From positions 45,570,001 through 45,634,000 of the forward strand of contig OZ024744.1 of NCBI GenBank assembly GCA_964016885.1: DNA of 64,000 nucleotides, in the 5' to 3' direction. The position numbers and the translations under genes were made by a program. Each line of letters begins with the position of its first letter. The first letter of the stretch is position 1. Below are positions 24,156-37,835 of the stretch, piece after piece. The notes under the pieces were generated by a model. It saw only the letters and a program-made list of their open reading frames with translations, searched no databases and was not told the origin of the DNA. Source of the DNA: Eledone cirrhosa (lineage: Eukaryota).

Positions 24156-24233
24156 AATTGCCTTGTCTGACGAACGAATGCGGACGTTTCTTGTATTCGT
24201 CTTATTCGGGAAACCTCTGGTAATGAGGTAATT
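24156..24233 (+). ncRNA. Type I hammerhead ribozyme (PLE-associated)
   Basis: AATTGCCTTGT-CTGACGA-extended stem II-GAAA-CC(tct)GG-TA-ATGAGGTAATT: 11-bp stem I with wobbles, GUA triplet. Confidence 0.7.
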
Positions 24234-24333
24234 ATATTGTATTGTTTATTATACATTAAATATTTACCTCTGTAACTTACATAGAGCACTCTTCATTCCT
24301 CTGATTTTTCAATTTTCAATGGAAACTTCAATA

Positions 24334-24394
<61 letters not shown>

Positions 24395-24551
24395 TATTTA
24401 CGTATCGAGAGAGAAAAAAAGGAGAGGATAGATGATACATATAGTTATTTGCCAAGTAGCGTATGTCAAAGGTGCTCGATACTAGTGCCGGCAGTATTAA
24501 ATATTCGAAGTGTTAATATTTAGTGGGCTAGAGAGTTAGCAGAGCGTAAGC

Positions 24552-24855
24552 ACGTGGAAAAGTAAGAAATCGGAGAATAGACCGTTAAAACATGTTTATT
24601 TAAAACAGCACCTGCGTACGTTTCGCCCGGTTGGACTTCTCAAGGGCATAAATAACCAAAAGTGTTCCTTACATTGCTCGGAAAGTGTTTTTGGGGTTAA
24701 ATTCACGTCAAGGTTCATTGGTCGCAAAAATAGCTTGTTTTGATTTTGCAACAGGAACACTTTTGGTTATTTATGCCATTGAGAAGCCCAACTGGGCGAA
24801 ACGTACGTAGGTGCTGTTTTAACGGTCTAATCTCCGATTTCTTACTTTTCTACGT
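24552..24855. repeat. Fold-back repeat (arms ~24552-24668 / ~24754-24855) with a variant hammerhead motif in each arm
   Basis: acgtggaaaagtaagaaatcggag...aaccaaaagtgttcct versus aggaacacttttggtt...ctccgatttcttacttttctacgt. Confidence 0.75.
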
Positions 24856-24904
24856 ATATATATATATATATTTATCTGTATATATATATATATAAGAGTG
24901 TGTT

Positions 24905-27800
24905 AAAGTTTGCTTGAAGCATTGTGGAATAATAAAATTGGTTGTTTGGAAGCCTCAACAATGCAGTTGGGTAAATCTCAGGGTAACAGAATCAGGTGGT
25001 AATGAGCGAGAGATGTAAGAGGAAATGTAGAATGAGACGTAGAGGGTGTAGAATGTAGGAAAGAGAGTAAAAAAATAACACGAGATAGAGAAGTTACCTT
25101 GGAAGTGATTTAATTGTCCCTATATTTTGGATTTCGCATCCATCAACTGGGGGCTTTCAGAGGGGGAAAGTTTTCTTTTTTTGTTGTCGGAGCGTTCAAC
25201 ACGTGGCTCCTGTTGTTTACCGTGAGCATACGACTGAACTACTCTGTAGGATGCGCGTGCGGCGGAATAGCTGCAGTCAGACAAAGGTTGAGGCAATTCT
25301 TCTATACCAGAGTAGTGGGGTGGTGATGTGTCAATGCGTACGTATCTTCGCTGTCAATTTCATATATTCGGTCTTTGATACTGGCAGGCATGGTGTTATT
25401 ATAGGTAGTCTGCTTGCTTGTTGTCTGTCAGTCGGTGGGTTGTGGACTCGATATATACACAATAACGATCTCTCGATTGCTACTGTGTGTGTGTTGTTGT
25501 TGTTTCATTTGTTACACCAGCCATCTCGCCTCACTTTTCTCGGATCGGTTATTTATTTGTGGTCCGAGGCGTTTGATCCAAAGTGCTTCCTAGATTCTTA
25601 AAGAGCCGACGTTGTGTTCCGTCGCTAATACTGTGACAATGGGCTTTCCGTCTTTGTTTCTGCATTTGATTATATGTTTCCAGAAAGACCAGGCCCTAGT
25701 GTTGATGTGTTCCTTGATCCGGACATGTAGTGGCCAGATGGTGCTACTGATGTAGAAGACGTTACACTTGTCACATTCTACCTTGTATACGACGTACGTG
25801 CGTAAGCAACAGTTCCTCTGGCACATCGGACAGTTGCTGAGGGTACACGCGTCAGCCAACTTTTCAGGTTTCCTGGAGAGGCATCTCCGTAGGGAGGGCC
25901 CCGAGTGGGCCAAGTAGATGTCGAGATCCTCCCTCCGTATGGCTCTGTGGATAGCGTTGGTGGTTTTCTCGCCCAGGTGCAGGATTTTAAGGAAGCACTT
26001 GCCTTGGGTGTTTCTCTGCCTCTTTGGTCTGATATCCCTTATTCTGCTTGTAAATGATGCTGGGTATCCATTCGTCCCCCAGCACCCTGTGGAACCGCTT
26101 GGTATGGGCGACACCACTCACGGGATCGCTGCATCTATTTTTAATCCGCATGATCCCGTTCGTGATGTACCCTCTTTTAGCACTCTTAGTGAGGGCAGAT
26201 TTGTAGTAGACGAACAAGTCCCTACAGGCTGCCTTGCGGTAGAAGTTGGTGTTGATCCCTCCATGCTCTGTGATGTTGATTCGGAAGTCGAGGAGGGCAA
26301 GGGACCCGTCGTCATTGGGGTGTTCAACACTGAAGTCAATATTCTCGTCCGTGTTGCTGAACGTCTCGTAAATACCTTTTGCCATCTCCTGGGAAGATGT
26401 GAGGATGAGGATATCATCCACGTATCTTGAGAAGAAGGCGACGGCGTTGGGGTGGCAGGTGCTGAATACCTTGCGTTCGAAGTTGTCCATGTACAAGATC
26501 ACTAGCACACCTGACAGTCTTGAGCCCTTGGGCAGCCTTAAGGTCTGTTGGTATGGAGCTGGTGGATGTCAGTTGGGGTAAGCCCGAAGCAGTGTACGTT
26601 GGTGAACTGGACACATTCTGTCAGTATGCCGACGGCCGAGGTGTAGAGGGCGACCACATCAAGGCTGAAGGCGTACCTGTTAGCCTTTCGGGTCGCGGTA
26701 TCCATTTGGTGTAGATGCTCCAACACTTCCTCGGAACTGTTGACGTGACCCGGCAAGGTGTTCAGTAGGGGTTTAAATATTTTGACTAGAAACCATGAAA
26801 TTTTGTAGAGCGGTCCTTCCACGAGCGATACAATAGGCCTGATTTTCAGGTCGGGTCCCTGTTTGTGGGTTTTCACGAGGTGATAGAAGGCGTGTAGTCT
26901 GCTGTTCCTTGTGAGGAGGTTGTTTTTAAGCTACTTCGGGAGGTTCTGCCAGTCGCACATGTTGGTCCAGGCGGTGCTGATGTGCTCCTCGATCTGCGCG
27001 GGAGTGATCCTGTGACTTTAGAGTAGAGACTGTCATCGTCAAGGTGTTGGAGGGCTAGGGTGTTTTAGGCCTCTCTGCTGATGACGCTGAATTCTTTTCC
27101 CTTGTCAGGGGGGAGGTAGATGTGGTCCTCAATTTCACGTTGGAGAGAGTGGTGAGTTGAGATTTAGTGATGATGTGTGTTGTGCGTGTGTGTGTTTATG
27201 TAGGATTTCAGAGATGGAGTGTTTCAACCTGATGAGTTTCGTGTCGAGTTCGTGCTTGGTGGGTGGGGGTGGAATGGGTTATCGAGGTATTAAGTGGGGA
27301 ACTTGGGGCGGGTTGTGTGGGTGCCGTCATTCTCTGTGGTGCTGTTGATGGCGGTCACCCATTTAAGTTGGTAGGCGATTTGGCAGAAGTTGGCTTCGAT
27401 GTCGATTTTAAGTCTTTCATCAAGCCGCTAGGTGACGATGAACTTGGGACCGAGGCGTAGGAGTTCCAGCTCGTCCTTCCCTTACGGATGTAAACAATTC
27501 CTGGCTTAGGTGTAGGGATAAGAGAGATTTGAAGTTTACTTGAAGGATTGTGGAATAATAAAATTGGTCGTTTTGGAAGCCTCAACAATGCAGATGGGTA
27601 AATCTCCGGGTAACTGAACTACTATGTAGGGCGGGCGTGCGTGCAGAATAGCTACAGTCAGACAAAGGTCGAGGCAGTTCTTCTATACCAGAGTAGTGGG
27701 GATGGTGATGTGTCAATGGGTGCGCATCTTCGCTGTCAATTTCTTATATTCGGTCTTTGATACTGGCAGACATGGTGTTATTATAGGTAATCTGCCAAAA
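24905..27800 (-). mobile_element. Decayed Penelope/Poseidon-type PLE with direct terminal repeats
   Basis: KTHK...IRPIVS, SLDVVALYTS, YMDNFE, RYVDDIL, LALLDF, VVYKVECDKCNVFYI...LHVRIKEH; direct repeats ~24910-25410 and ~27535-27795. Confidence 0.9.
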
Positions 27801-28053
27801 CGTGGTGCCAAGTGGTATCGGCTGGTGACGCAGTCCTAACTTTACCTATCTCTATACCCACTCTGCATCTATCAAAGTATTTAGTACTCCCAAGGTTGGA
27901 GGGCTCAGCGGTATCAGCATCGCACACACCTTCGATGTATATATGTAAATATATCTTTACAAAGACACACAGTTATATAAATACACCAGTATACACACAC
28001 ACACAGACTCACACACAAAAATACACACACACATACCCCCCCCCCCCCGGCAG

Positions 28054-28100
<47 letters not shown>

Positions 28101-28289
28101 TACACAAAAGCTAACAGACATTCCGACCAGAACAATCCAGAACAGACCTTCTGAGTACCAAGTCCCAAATAGGAAAAAGCAATCTTGACATGAGGGGGTG
28201 TATGTTATAGATATTTACAGAAACAAATGTTCCACAATCTACAATGTAAACAAAACACAGGCTAGATCAAGGTCAGATACACAACAACC

Positions 28290-31135
28290 TACTACAATAT
28301 ATCACATCACACTACAATATACTACATGACACTACCATATATCACACCACACTACACTATATCACACCATACTACAATATACCACACCACATTACAATAT
28401 ATCAAACCACACTACAATATATCAAATCACACTACACTATACCACACCATACTACATTATACCACACCACACTACACTATATCACACCACACTACAATAT
28501 ATCACACCAAACTACAGTATACCACACCACACTACAATATATCACACCACACTACAGTATACCACACCATACTACAATATATCACATCACACTACACTAT
28601 ATCACATCATACTACACTATATCATATCGTACTACAACATAACACACCACACTACAATATACCACACCACACTACAATATATCACACCACACTACAATAT
28701 ACCACATCACACTAGAGTATATCACACCACACTACAATGTACCACACCACATTACTATATATCACACCACACTACAATATACCACATCACACTACAGTAT
28801 ATCACACCACACTACACTATATCACATCACACTACACTATACCACACCACACTATACTATATCACATCACACTACAATATACCACACTACACTACACTAT
28901 ATCATATCACACTACACTATATCACATCACACTACAATATATCACACCACACTACACTATATCACACCACAATACAATATATCACATCGCACTACACTAT
29001 ATCACACCACACTACAATACATCACACCACACTACAATATATCACACCACACTACAATATATCACATCACACTACAATATATCACACTACACTACAATAT
29101 ACCACTCCACACTACAATATTTCACACCACACTACAATATTTCACACCACACTATAATATACCACTTCACACTACAATATATCACACCTCACTACAATAT
29201 ACCACACCACACTACACTATATCACACCACACTACACTATACTACTCTAAAATACTATATATCACACCACACTACACTACTATATACCACACCACATTAC
29301 ACTACTATATACCACACCACATTACAATATATCACATCACACTACACTATACCACTCCACTCCACACTACAATATATCACACTACACTACAATATACCAC
29401 TCCACACTACAATATACCACACTAAAATATATCACACTACACTACACTATACCATACCACACTACACTATATCACACCACACTACAATATAGCACACAAC
29501 ACTATACCACTCCACACTACAATATACCACACTACACAAAAACATATCACACTACACTACATATACCATTCCACACAACAATATACCACACCACACTACA
29601 CTATACCACTCCACACTACTATATATCACACCACACTATACTATATGACACCACACAACAATATGCCACACACTACAACATACCACACCACACTACAATA
29701 TACCACAGCACACTACACTATGCCACTCCACACTACAATATACCCTACAATATATCACGCTACAATATACCACACTACAATATATCACACCACACTACAA
29801 TTTATCACACCACACTACTATACATCACACCACACTACAAGATAACACACCACACTACAATATACCACACCGCACTACACTATACCACTCCACACTACAA
29901 TATACCACACCACACTACAATATATCACACTACACTACAATATATCGCACTACTCTACACTATACCACTCCATATTACAATATATCACATCACACTACAA
30001 AATATCACACTACACTACAATATATCACATCACACTACAAAATATCACACTACACTACAATATAACACACCACACTACACTATGCCACACCACTATACAA
30101 TATATCACACAACACTACAGTATATCACACGACACTACAACATATCACAGCACACTACTATATATCACACTACACAACACGATACTCCTCCACATTACAA
30201 TATACCACTCCACACTTCAATATACCACTCCACCCTACATTATACCACACCACACTACAATATAACACATCACACTACACTATACAGCACTACACTACTA
30301 TATATCAAACAAAGACTACAATATACCACGCCACACTACTATATATCACACCACAGTACACTATACCACTCCACACTACAATATATCACACCACACTACA
30401 ATGTATCACACCACACTACAATATACCACTCCACACTACAATATACCATTCCACACTACAATATACCATACCACTCTACAATATATCACACTACACTATA
30501 CCACCACACTACAATATGTAACACCACACTACAATATACAACTCCCTACTAAACTATACCACACCACACTACACTATACCACTCCACACTACAATATACC
30601 ACTCCACACTACAATATACCATTCCACACTGCAATATATCACACTACAATATATAACACCACACTACACTATACCAAACCACACTACACTATATCAATCC
30701 ACACTACAATATACCACACCACACTACAAAATATCACACTACTCTATACCACACCACACTACAATATATCAATCCACACTACAATATACCACACAACACA
30801 ACACTATATCACACCACGCTACAATATACCACAGCACACTACTATATATCACATCACACTACACTATATCCCACCACACTACAGTATACCACACCACACT
30901 ACACTATACCACTCCACACTACAATATACTACTCCACACTACAATTTATCGCACTACACTAAAATATACCACACTACGCTACAATATATTATAGCACTCT
31001 ACAATATAGCACACCACACTACACTATACCACTCTACACTACAATATACCACACCACACTGCTATATACCACACTACAATATACCACAGCACACTATAAT
31101 ATACCTCACCGTACTACAATATATCACTCAAACTG
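28290..31135. repeat. 20-bp minisatellite (ACCACACCACACTACAATAT)n, moderately diverged
   Basis: 20-nt periodicity visible in aligned 60-nt lines. Confidence 0.95.
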
Positions 31136-31144
31136 CAACAAAAG

Positions 31145-31820
31145 ATGAAAAAAATCTCCCTCGAAGCGGTCTGCACTTTAGTTGAGAGTGCTGACGACTT
31201 GACAGGTGCAATATTCCCTGAGTTGAGCACTAACTACCAAAATCCAAACTGGCTGTGCGAAAGGGCAATACTGGCTCCGAAAAATGAGACTGTCGACAAC
31301 ATCAACGGACAACTGTTTAAGTCTCTTCCTACAGCTTCGTGTACATACAAGTCCATCGATACAGTCATAGACCCCATTAACTACCCAATTGAGTTTCTTA
31401 ACTCATTGAACCCCTCCGGGTTGCCATCTCATCGATTGGAACTTAAGCAAGGATGCCCAATTATGCTTTTGAGGAATCTACACCCACCAAAACTCTGCAA
31501 CGGCACCCGCCTTACAGTAAATAAACTAACGCAAAACTTGATCGAGGCGACGATTCTCTCGGGGTGTGGAAAGCGGGAAAATGTTTTTATCCCAAGGATT
31601 CCTCTTTGTCCGTCAACATCAGAGATCCTCTTTTCATTTAGGAGGCTCCAGTTTCGCTATGACGATAAATAAGTCTCAGGGGCAAACATTGTCCGTCGCG
31701 GGAATAAACCTAGAAGAGCCATGCTTTTCGCACGGTCAGCTATACGTTGGATGTTCCAGAGTGGGAAGCAAAAGAAACCTTTATGCATTTGCTCCAAACG
31801 GTAAAACCAAAAACATTAAG
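31145..31820 (+). mobile_element. Helitron PIF1-like helicase C-terminal fragment (frameshifted)
   Basis: [73 protein letters not shown]. Confidence 0.9.
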
Positions 31821-32955
31821 TTCTGTAATCAACACTGCAACACTCTTCTAACAATCAAATACCTCGTTGCTTTCAATAATTACCAAATTGTAGACATACT
31901 GCCTTTTTGAAATTCATAACACCATCCTTTTCGACTGTAAACGTTGTGACCAGTTTGAGCTGCACGGTATTGAAATGCACGTTCCCCTCCGGTTGGTTGA
32001 GCCAGTTTTCCATGGATTCGCCAGCGCGTGCAGCAGACGTTGATTCACATATCTTTGTTGCCGCAGTTGACGCCGTGTTTCAGTTGATACAGCTCAAACA
32101 GCAGACGTTGACTCACAGTTCTTCGCTGCCGCAGTTGACGCTGTGTTTCGGTTGATGCAGCTCGAGCTGCGGAAGTTGCCTCAGCATTTCTATGCCACCG
32201 TAATGAATGCTGTGGTTCGTTCTCTGCATCTCCTGCAATAGACGTTGCCTCAATATTTGCTTTCTGTCGCAGTGAGGGTTGAGAATCGTTTTCTACACCC
32301 CAAGCAGCAGCAGTTGCCCCAGCATTTATTTGTTGTCGCATCGAACGTTGTGTTTCGTTTTCTGCATCTCGTGCAATAGAAGTTGCTTCAGCATTTTTCT
32401 TTTGGCGTAATAATCGCTATTCGTTATTCTCTGTAACTTTTGCAATCGAGGTTGGTGCAGAATTTGTGTTGAGGAATTTTGAGCGTCCTTAATGTTTGGT
32501 CTATGTCACTGCAATCAGTCTAAGGAAAGCAACGTCACAGTTTCTATTGGCTGCCACAACCATACAGAATGGTAAGCATTTCAAACTACATAAATCATTA
32601 GAATACCTACATATACGCAATGCATAACGAAAAATTTACATGTTTCTACTGTAGCAAACGTATGGCACCCCCCTCATTTGTACCTTTCATTCAAAGTCGT
32701 CATACATTATCTCCGTCATCCCGCAACGACTTCAGTCCCTGAATTGCCAAACATCCTACATTATTGTCATAAATTCCATGTGACTCACTTTTGGGCTGCT
32801 GACTTCCTTGTGGCATAGTTCGCGTTTGGAGCTTCACCGCGTCAACGTCACACTTTTACACTCATTTACCTTTCATATGCCATAACATTTTACCGTTTTT
32901 ACATCGAACAACACATACTTCTTATGGTTAAAAATAAATGTGTCTGATATTTATT

Positions 32956-33369
32956 GTGTCTATAATTGTCTCATCTTTATTGCTATGAGTGCGTGTTACA
33001 ACTTGGAAATAAGACATATCTTTTGAAATAATATAATATGTATAATTGGTATTATTTGTTGTAGAATGTGCCAAAAGTAGAAACAATTATTAGTTGTAGA
33101 ATTGGCGACGAGGTGAGAGAATAAGTTAGTCTCCATATGGTGTCATTGGTTTTCTGTTCCGAAGTTGAAGTCGCCTGAGAGAGAGTTGCTCTTAATATGT
33201 TCACTCCACATGGTGTGGTAAAAATGAAAAGTGGGAGAAGGCAAAATTACATCTTAACTCCTGGACGGCTAGCTTTGTAAGAGAGCGGGTACTTTCAGTT
33301 TCTCAATTTATAGTCTTCATGGGACGTAACTCTCATTAACTCTCCATCTCACCCCAAGGGGTCACTACA
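32956..33369 (-). repeat. 3' LTR of Gypsy element (distal end truncated or diverged)
   Basis: Matches 37941-38318; begins TGTAGTGACC on minus, preceded by PPT GGAGGAAGG (~33373-33381). Confidence 0.9.
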
Positions 33370-36300
33370 ATACCTTCCTCCAGACGATAGGCGAACAACC
33401 CGAAGGTAATTGTAGCGAACCCGCAAGAATGGGATCAAGGCAAAGGTATGAAAAAGGTATATGCATATACAATACACAAAAAAGACACTCTATAGTTAAA
33501 GAAGACTTTCAACTGTTTAGGAACAAGGTAAAGAAAATCATGTAATACACAATACAAAAAAGGCTCCATAGTGGCCAGTTCAGATGAAAACTGTTTGACA
33601 AAGTCTTTTGGGCCAGTGGACTCTTCGACCAGAACGGGTCGTGGTCTTGTATGTAGGTGAAGGTGGGACAGAAGGAGCAGGTGTATGTACAATAGAGAGA
33701 GATGGGAGTATTAGTGGCTCAGGCGTATGAGCGTCTGTGAATGCCCTTTTCAGTCTGTCAACCCAAATTGTCTCTCTGGATCCCTTAGTGTCTACAGTAA
33801 AATGTTTGTCAGCACGTGCTAACACACGGTAGGGTCCAGAGTACGGTTGTGTGAGAGGTGGTCTAACAACGTCGTCTCTGACAAAGACATGTGTCCACGA
33901 GGCAATATCCCTCGGGACTGCAATTTTAATAGTTTGTTTCCTGGTATCCATAGGCGGTAAGTCCTGAAAATATGAGCGCAAACGAGATATGTAGGAAAGG
34001 GGATCTTGATTAGCAAGATCGACAGGTGCAAGCATTTGCACAGGCAACGCTAGAGGGGTACCATACAATAATTCAGCCGGGGAGAACCCAAGGTCCTCCT
34101 TTATTGAAGACCGAATTCCTAACAACACAATAGGAAGGAACTCGCTCCAACGTAGAGAGTCTGGGTAGGCACGAAGAGCGGTCTTTAATTGGCGGTGAAA
34201 ACGCTCCACAATTCCGTTTGAAGCAGGATAAGATGTGGTCCGAATGCGTTGAGTGCCAATAATTTTTGTTAACTCCGAGAAAAGATGTAATTCGAATTGC
34301 CTACCACGGTCTGTAGCAATTGTGGTTGGCACGCCATAGCGGGCAATCCACGTGTGGGCACGCGCTATTGTGTCGGCGGTAATGTCCTTTCAGGAGATGG
34401 CTTCAGGCCATCGCGAAAAACGATCAATGCAGGTCAAAAGGTAAGAATATCCACTACTGACTGGCCAAGGTCCAACGATATCGATGTGGATGTGTCGAAA
34501 ACGAGCATCCGGAGTACTGAAAGTACCAAGTGGAGTCCGGATGTGTCTGTGGACTTTAGATTTTTGACACTGTATGCAGGAACGGCACCAAGCAATAATT
34601 TCGAGCCTCATATTTGGCCAGAAAAATCTCGCCGTTATGAGCTTTACTGTGGCTGAAGATCCTGGGTAAGAAATGCTGCGCAAAGCAAGGAACACAATTC
34701 GACGGTGAGTCTCGGGAACAGAAGGCCGTGGTGAATCCGTAGATACATCGCAGAGAATCTGCATGTCGGTAGTCGACAAGGGCAGATATTTCAGGTTGCA
34801 AGTCGCAAATTCGGCTGATGAAGTATCCAACGATTCGAGTGCAGGTTGGTCTGCTGCCAAACGACTTAAATCTATCTCCTGGGTTGACGAAATCAAGCTG
34901 ATTGGCAAGCGTGACAAGGCGTCTGCAGCTGTATTTAGTGAGCCAGAAATGTGCTGGATATCATTGGTAAACTGCGAAATGTAATAAAGGTCCCTTGTCT
35001 CTCTGGGCGAATATCTGTCGGCTTTAGCCCTCAAAGCGAAGGTCAGAGGTTTGTGGTCAGTGAAAACCGTAAAATTTCTTCCCTCAACAATATGAGACAG
35101 ATATATGGCTAATAACTCCCGACCAAACGTGCTGTAACGGGTTTCTGCCTGTTTCAGCTTCCTGGAGAAAAATGCCAAAAGTTGTTGGTGTTCAGCGTTA
35201 TACTGTTGTAAAACTGCTCCCACAGCAGTATCAGATGCATCGACACAAAGCGAAAGCTTGGCATCGGGTACTGGGTGGGCTAGCAAAGATGAATTAGCAA
35301 GTGCTGTCTTGGTAGCCTGGAAATCTTCGAGTTGTGCTTGTGTCAAGGAAATATCCTCATTCTTCTTACGACGATCTTTCAAAATCTCGGTAAGGGAAAA
35401 CAGTAATTTTGCACATTGAAGCACGAATCGACTATAAAAATTGATTAGGCCTCGGAAGTGACGCAACTGGCGAAGTGAGGTAGGCAGAGGTAAATCCTGT
35501 ATAGCCTTAACTCGCTGTGGAAGGGGTCGAATACCCTCGGCGTCGATGATGTCACCTAACAAATTCAGTGAAGCGGATCCGAAAATACACTTTGCGGGAT
35601 TCACTCGAAAGCGGTAATCCTGGAGTCGTCAAAATAAAAGGTTCAGGTGACGCATATGCTCTTCTGGAGAGGAACTAACGACGAGAAGATCATCTATATA
35701 TGCATAAACGAACTCCAAGCCACGAGTGACTTCGCCTATGAACCGCTGAAAAGTGCTAGCGGCATTTCTAAGTCCGAAAGGCATTTTAAAAACTCGAAGG
35801 ATCCGAAAGGAGTCGTAATAGCTGTTTTCGGGATGTCTTACTTCCTGACTGGTACTTGGTGGTAAGCTCGCACTATATCGAGTTTGGAGAAAATCTTACA
35901 ACCCTGCAAAATCATGGAGGTGGGCAATAGGATATCTATCCGGGACTGTCATCGCGTTTAATCTCCTATAATCCCCAGTGGGTCTCCAGTCGCCAGAAGT
36001 CTTGGCCACCATATGTAACGGAGAAGCCCAAGGACTCGTAGATGGGTGAATAATTCCCAGCTGCAGCATATGGTCGAACTCGGACCGTGCTGCCTTTAAC
36101 TTGTCCGCCGGTAAACAATGTGGACGTGAAAATACTGGAGCACTGGTTGTGGAAATAAAATGTTCGGTTGAGTGAGTTGGCTCGGTAACTCGAACATTTC
36201 CATCGATGAGCTCCGGGAACGATTCTAACAACCAATAGTAGGCGTTTCCAGCGGCAGCGATGAAGAAGATTGGGCTAACTGTTGAAGCACCGGCTCTTCG

Positions 36301-37817
36301 GCCACGAATTGAGAAACCGGTGATGTCATCCACTAGACGTTGGCCTCGGACATCCACAGTCAAGGAGAAATTGTGGAGGAAATCTGCTCCTAAGATTGGG
36401 TATGCAAGTCAGCGACCGTAAAAATCCATTTAAAATCCCTATTTTGGAATTTGAGGAGAAGCGAGATTTGTCCGTACGTCTTTATAGGCGAGTAGTTAAC
36501 GGCCTGCAGAGTAACGGATGACTCCGCGGGGTATCCTTTAGGCTATGGACCGGCCAAATACTGCAGGAGGCTCCTGTATCCACGAGGAAGGCTCTTCTAG
36601 ACAGGAGGTCCTTGATGAAGAAGTGGCGGTTTGGGTGCTTTACGCTGAGGTCGACTGCCGCCCTCAGCGAACCTCTGTCGTTTCCCGACTTCACAAAAGA
36701 ACAAGGCTGTACACAGTGGTTCGCGTTCTCAGCAAAACGCTCGTGGTACCAGCATAAAGATGAAGCTGGTGACCTGGGGCGGTGTCTGAAAGAGGTAGAT
36801 CTACCGCAGCTGCGTGAGCGTGAACGAACATTACCAGAGGCCTACAGCTTCTGTAGCTCCAGCGTGAGTTCTTGAGTAGCTTTTTGCATAGCCATCATAG
36901 CTGCGCTGTCTGCATGAGATGCCGCGCAGGTGGCATGGCCAGGTGTGGCCTGAGCTGGGGGGAGAAACAGTAGCAAGGGCCTAGCTGCCTCCAGCACCCG
37001 TGACCTCAAAAACCTTGTCCGCAGAGAGGGCCAGTTGGTCCACAGAACATGTATCCCTAATGGGGGCCAAAATTGCTTGAACGTTGGTCGGTAGCCGCGA
37101 GAGAAACAACTGCTTCAACATTGCGGTTTCCGCTACCGACCCCTCTGTTAGGTCTTTCATCGGACGTAAGAGGTCCGATGGAGTGCCATCCCCGATATGC
37201 TCTAAATGGACCAGAGCTCTAAAGCGTTTCTCGGCGGACTGTGCCGTCCGGCTGAGTATTTCAGCCTTCAACGACTTGTAAGTAGTGTCAGTCAGTGTCT
37301 CCAATACGAGATCCTTAATAGTTGGGAGAAGTGCCGGAGAAATGGCACTAAGGACGAGGGGACGTTGCTGTGCCTCAGCGATGTTGTTAGCCTCGAAAAA
37401 TGCTTCCATTTCAGCGAACCATAATTTCACGTCACCCGTATATGAAGGGAGAATAGATTGAACTCCCATTGGTGCAATCTCAGTAAGCGACAAAATGCGT
37501 CTCAGTAAAGAAAAATACCTCGAACCCAAGGGAAAAAGAAAATAAACCCACTTGTTTTTGTTTTTTGTCTTTTGTTCAAACAACCGGACAGGAAAAAGAA
37601 TGTATCCGAAATATTGTATAAGTGAGCGACTAAGCAAATAATGGCATTATCTATACATCTACAGAGAACTTAAAGCAAAAACCAACATGGCGCACGGTTT
37701 CGCACAAAAAAAAACTTTTGAAGAAAGCCGCCATCTTGACCTCTTCAAAAATTTCACCAAAGAAAAAAAAAAACGTCAAACACTTGTTTTTTTTAGTGGT
37801 ATATTTTCCATATACCA

Positions 37818-37832
37818 ACGTCTGGGTCACCA
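37818..37832 (-). promoter_or_regulatory. Primer-binding site, tRNA-Trp-like
   Basis: TGGTGACCCAGACGT, 14/15 match to the complement of the usual tRNA-Trp 3' end (TGGTGACCCCGACGT), between the 5' LTR and gag. Confidence 0.7.
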
Positions 37833-37835
37833 CTT

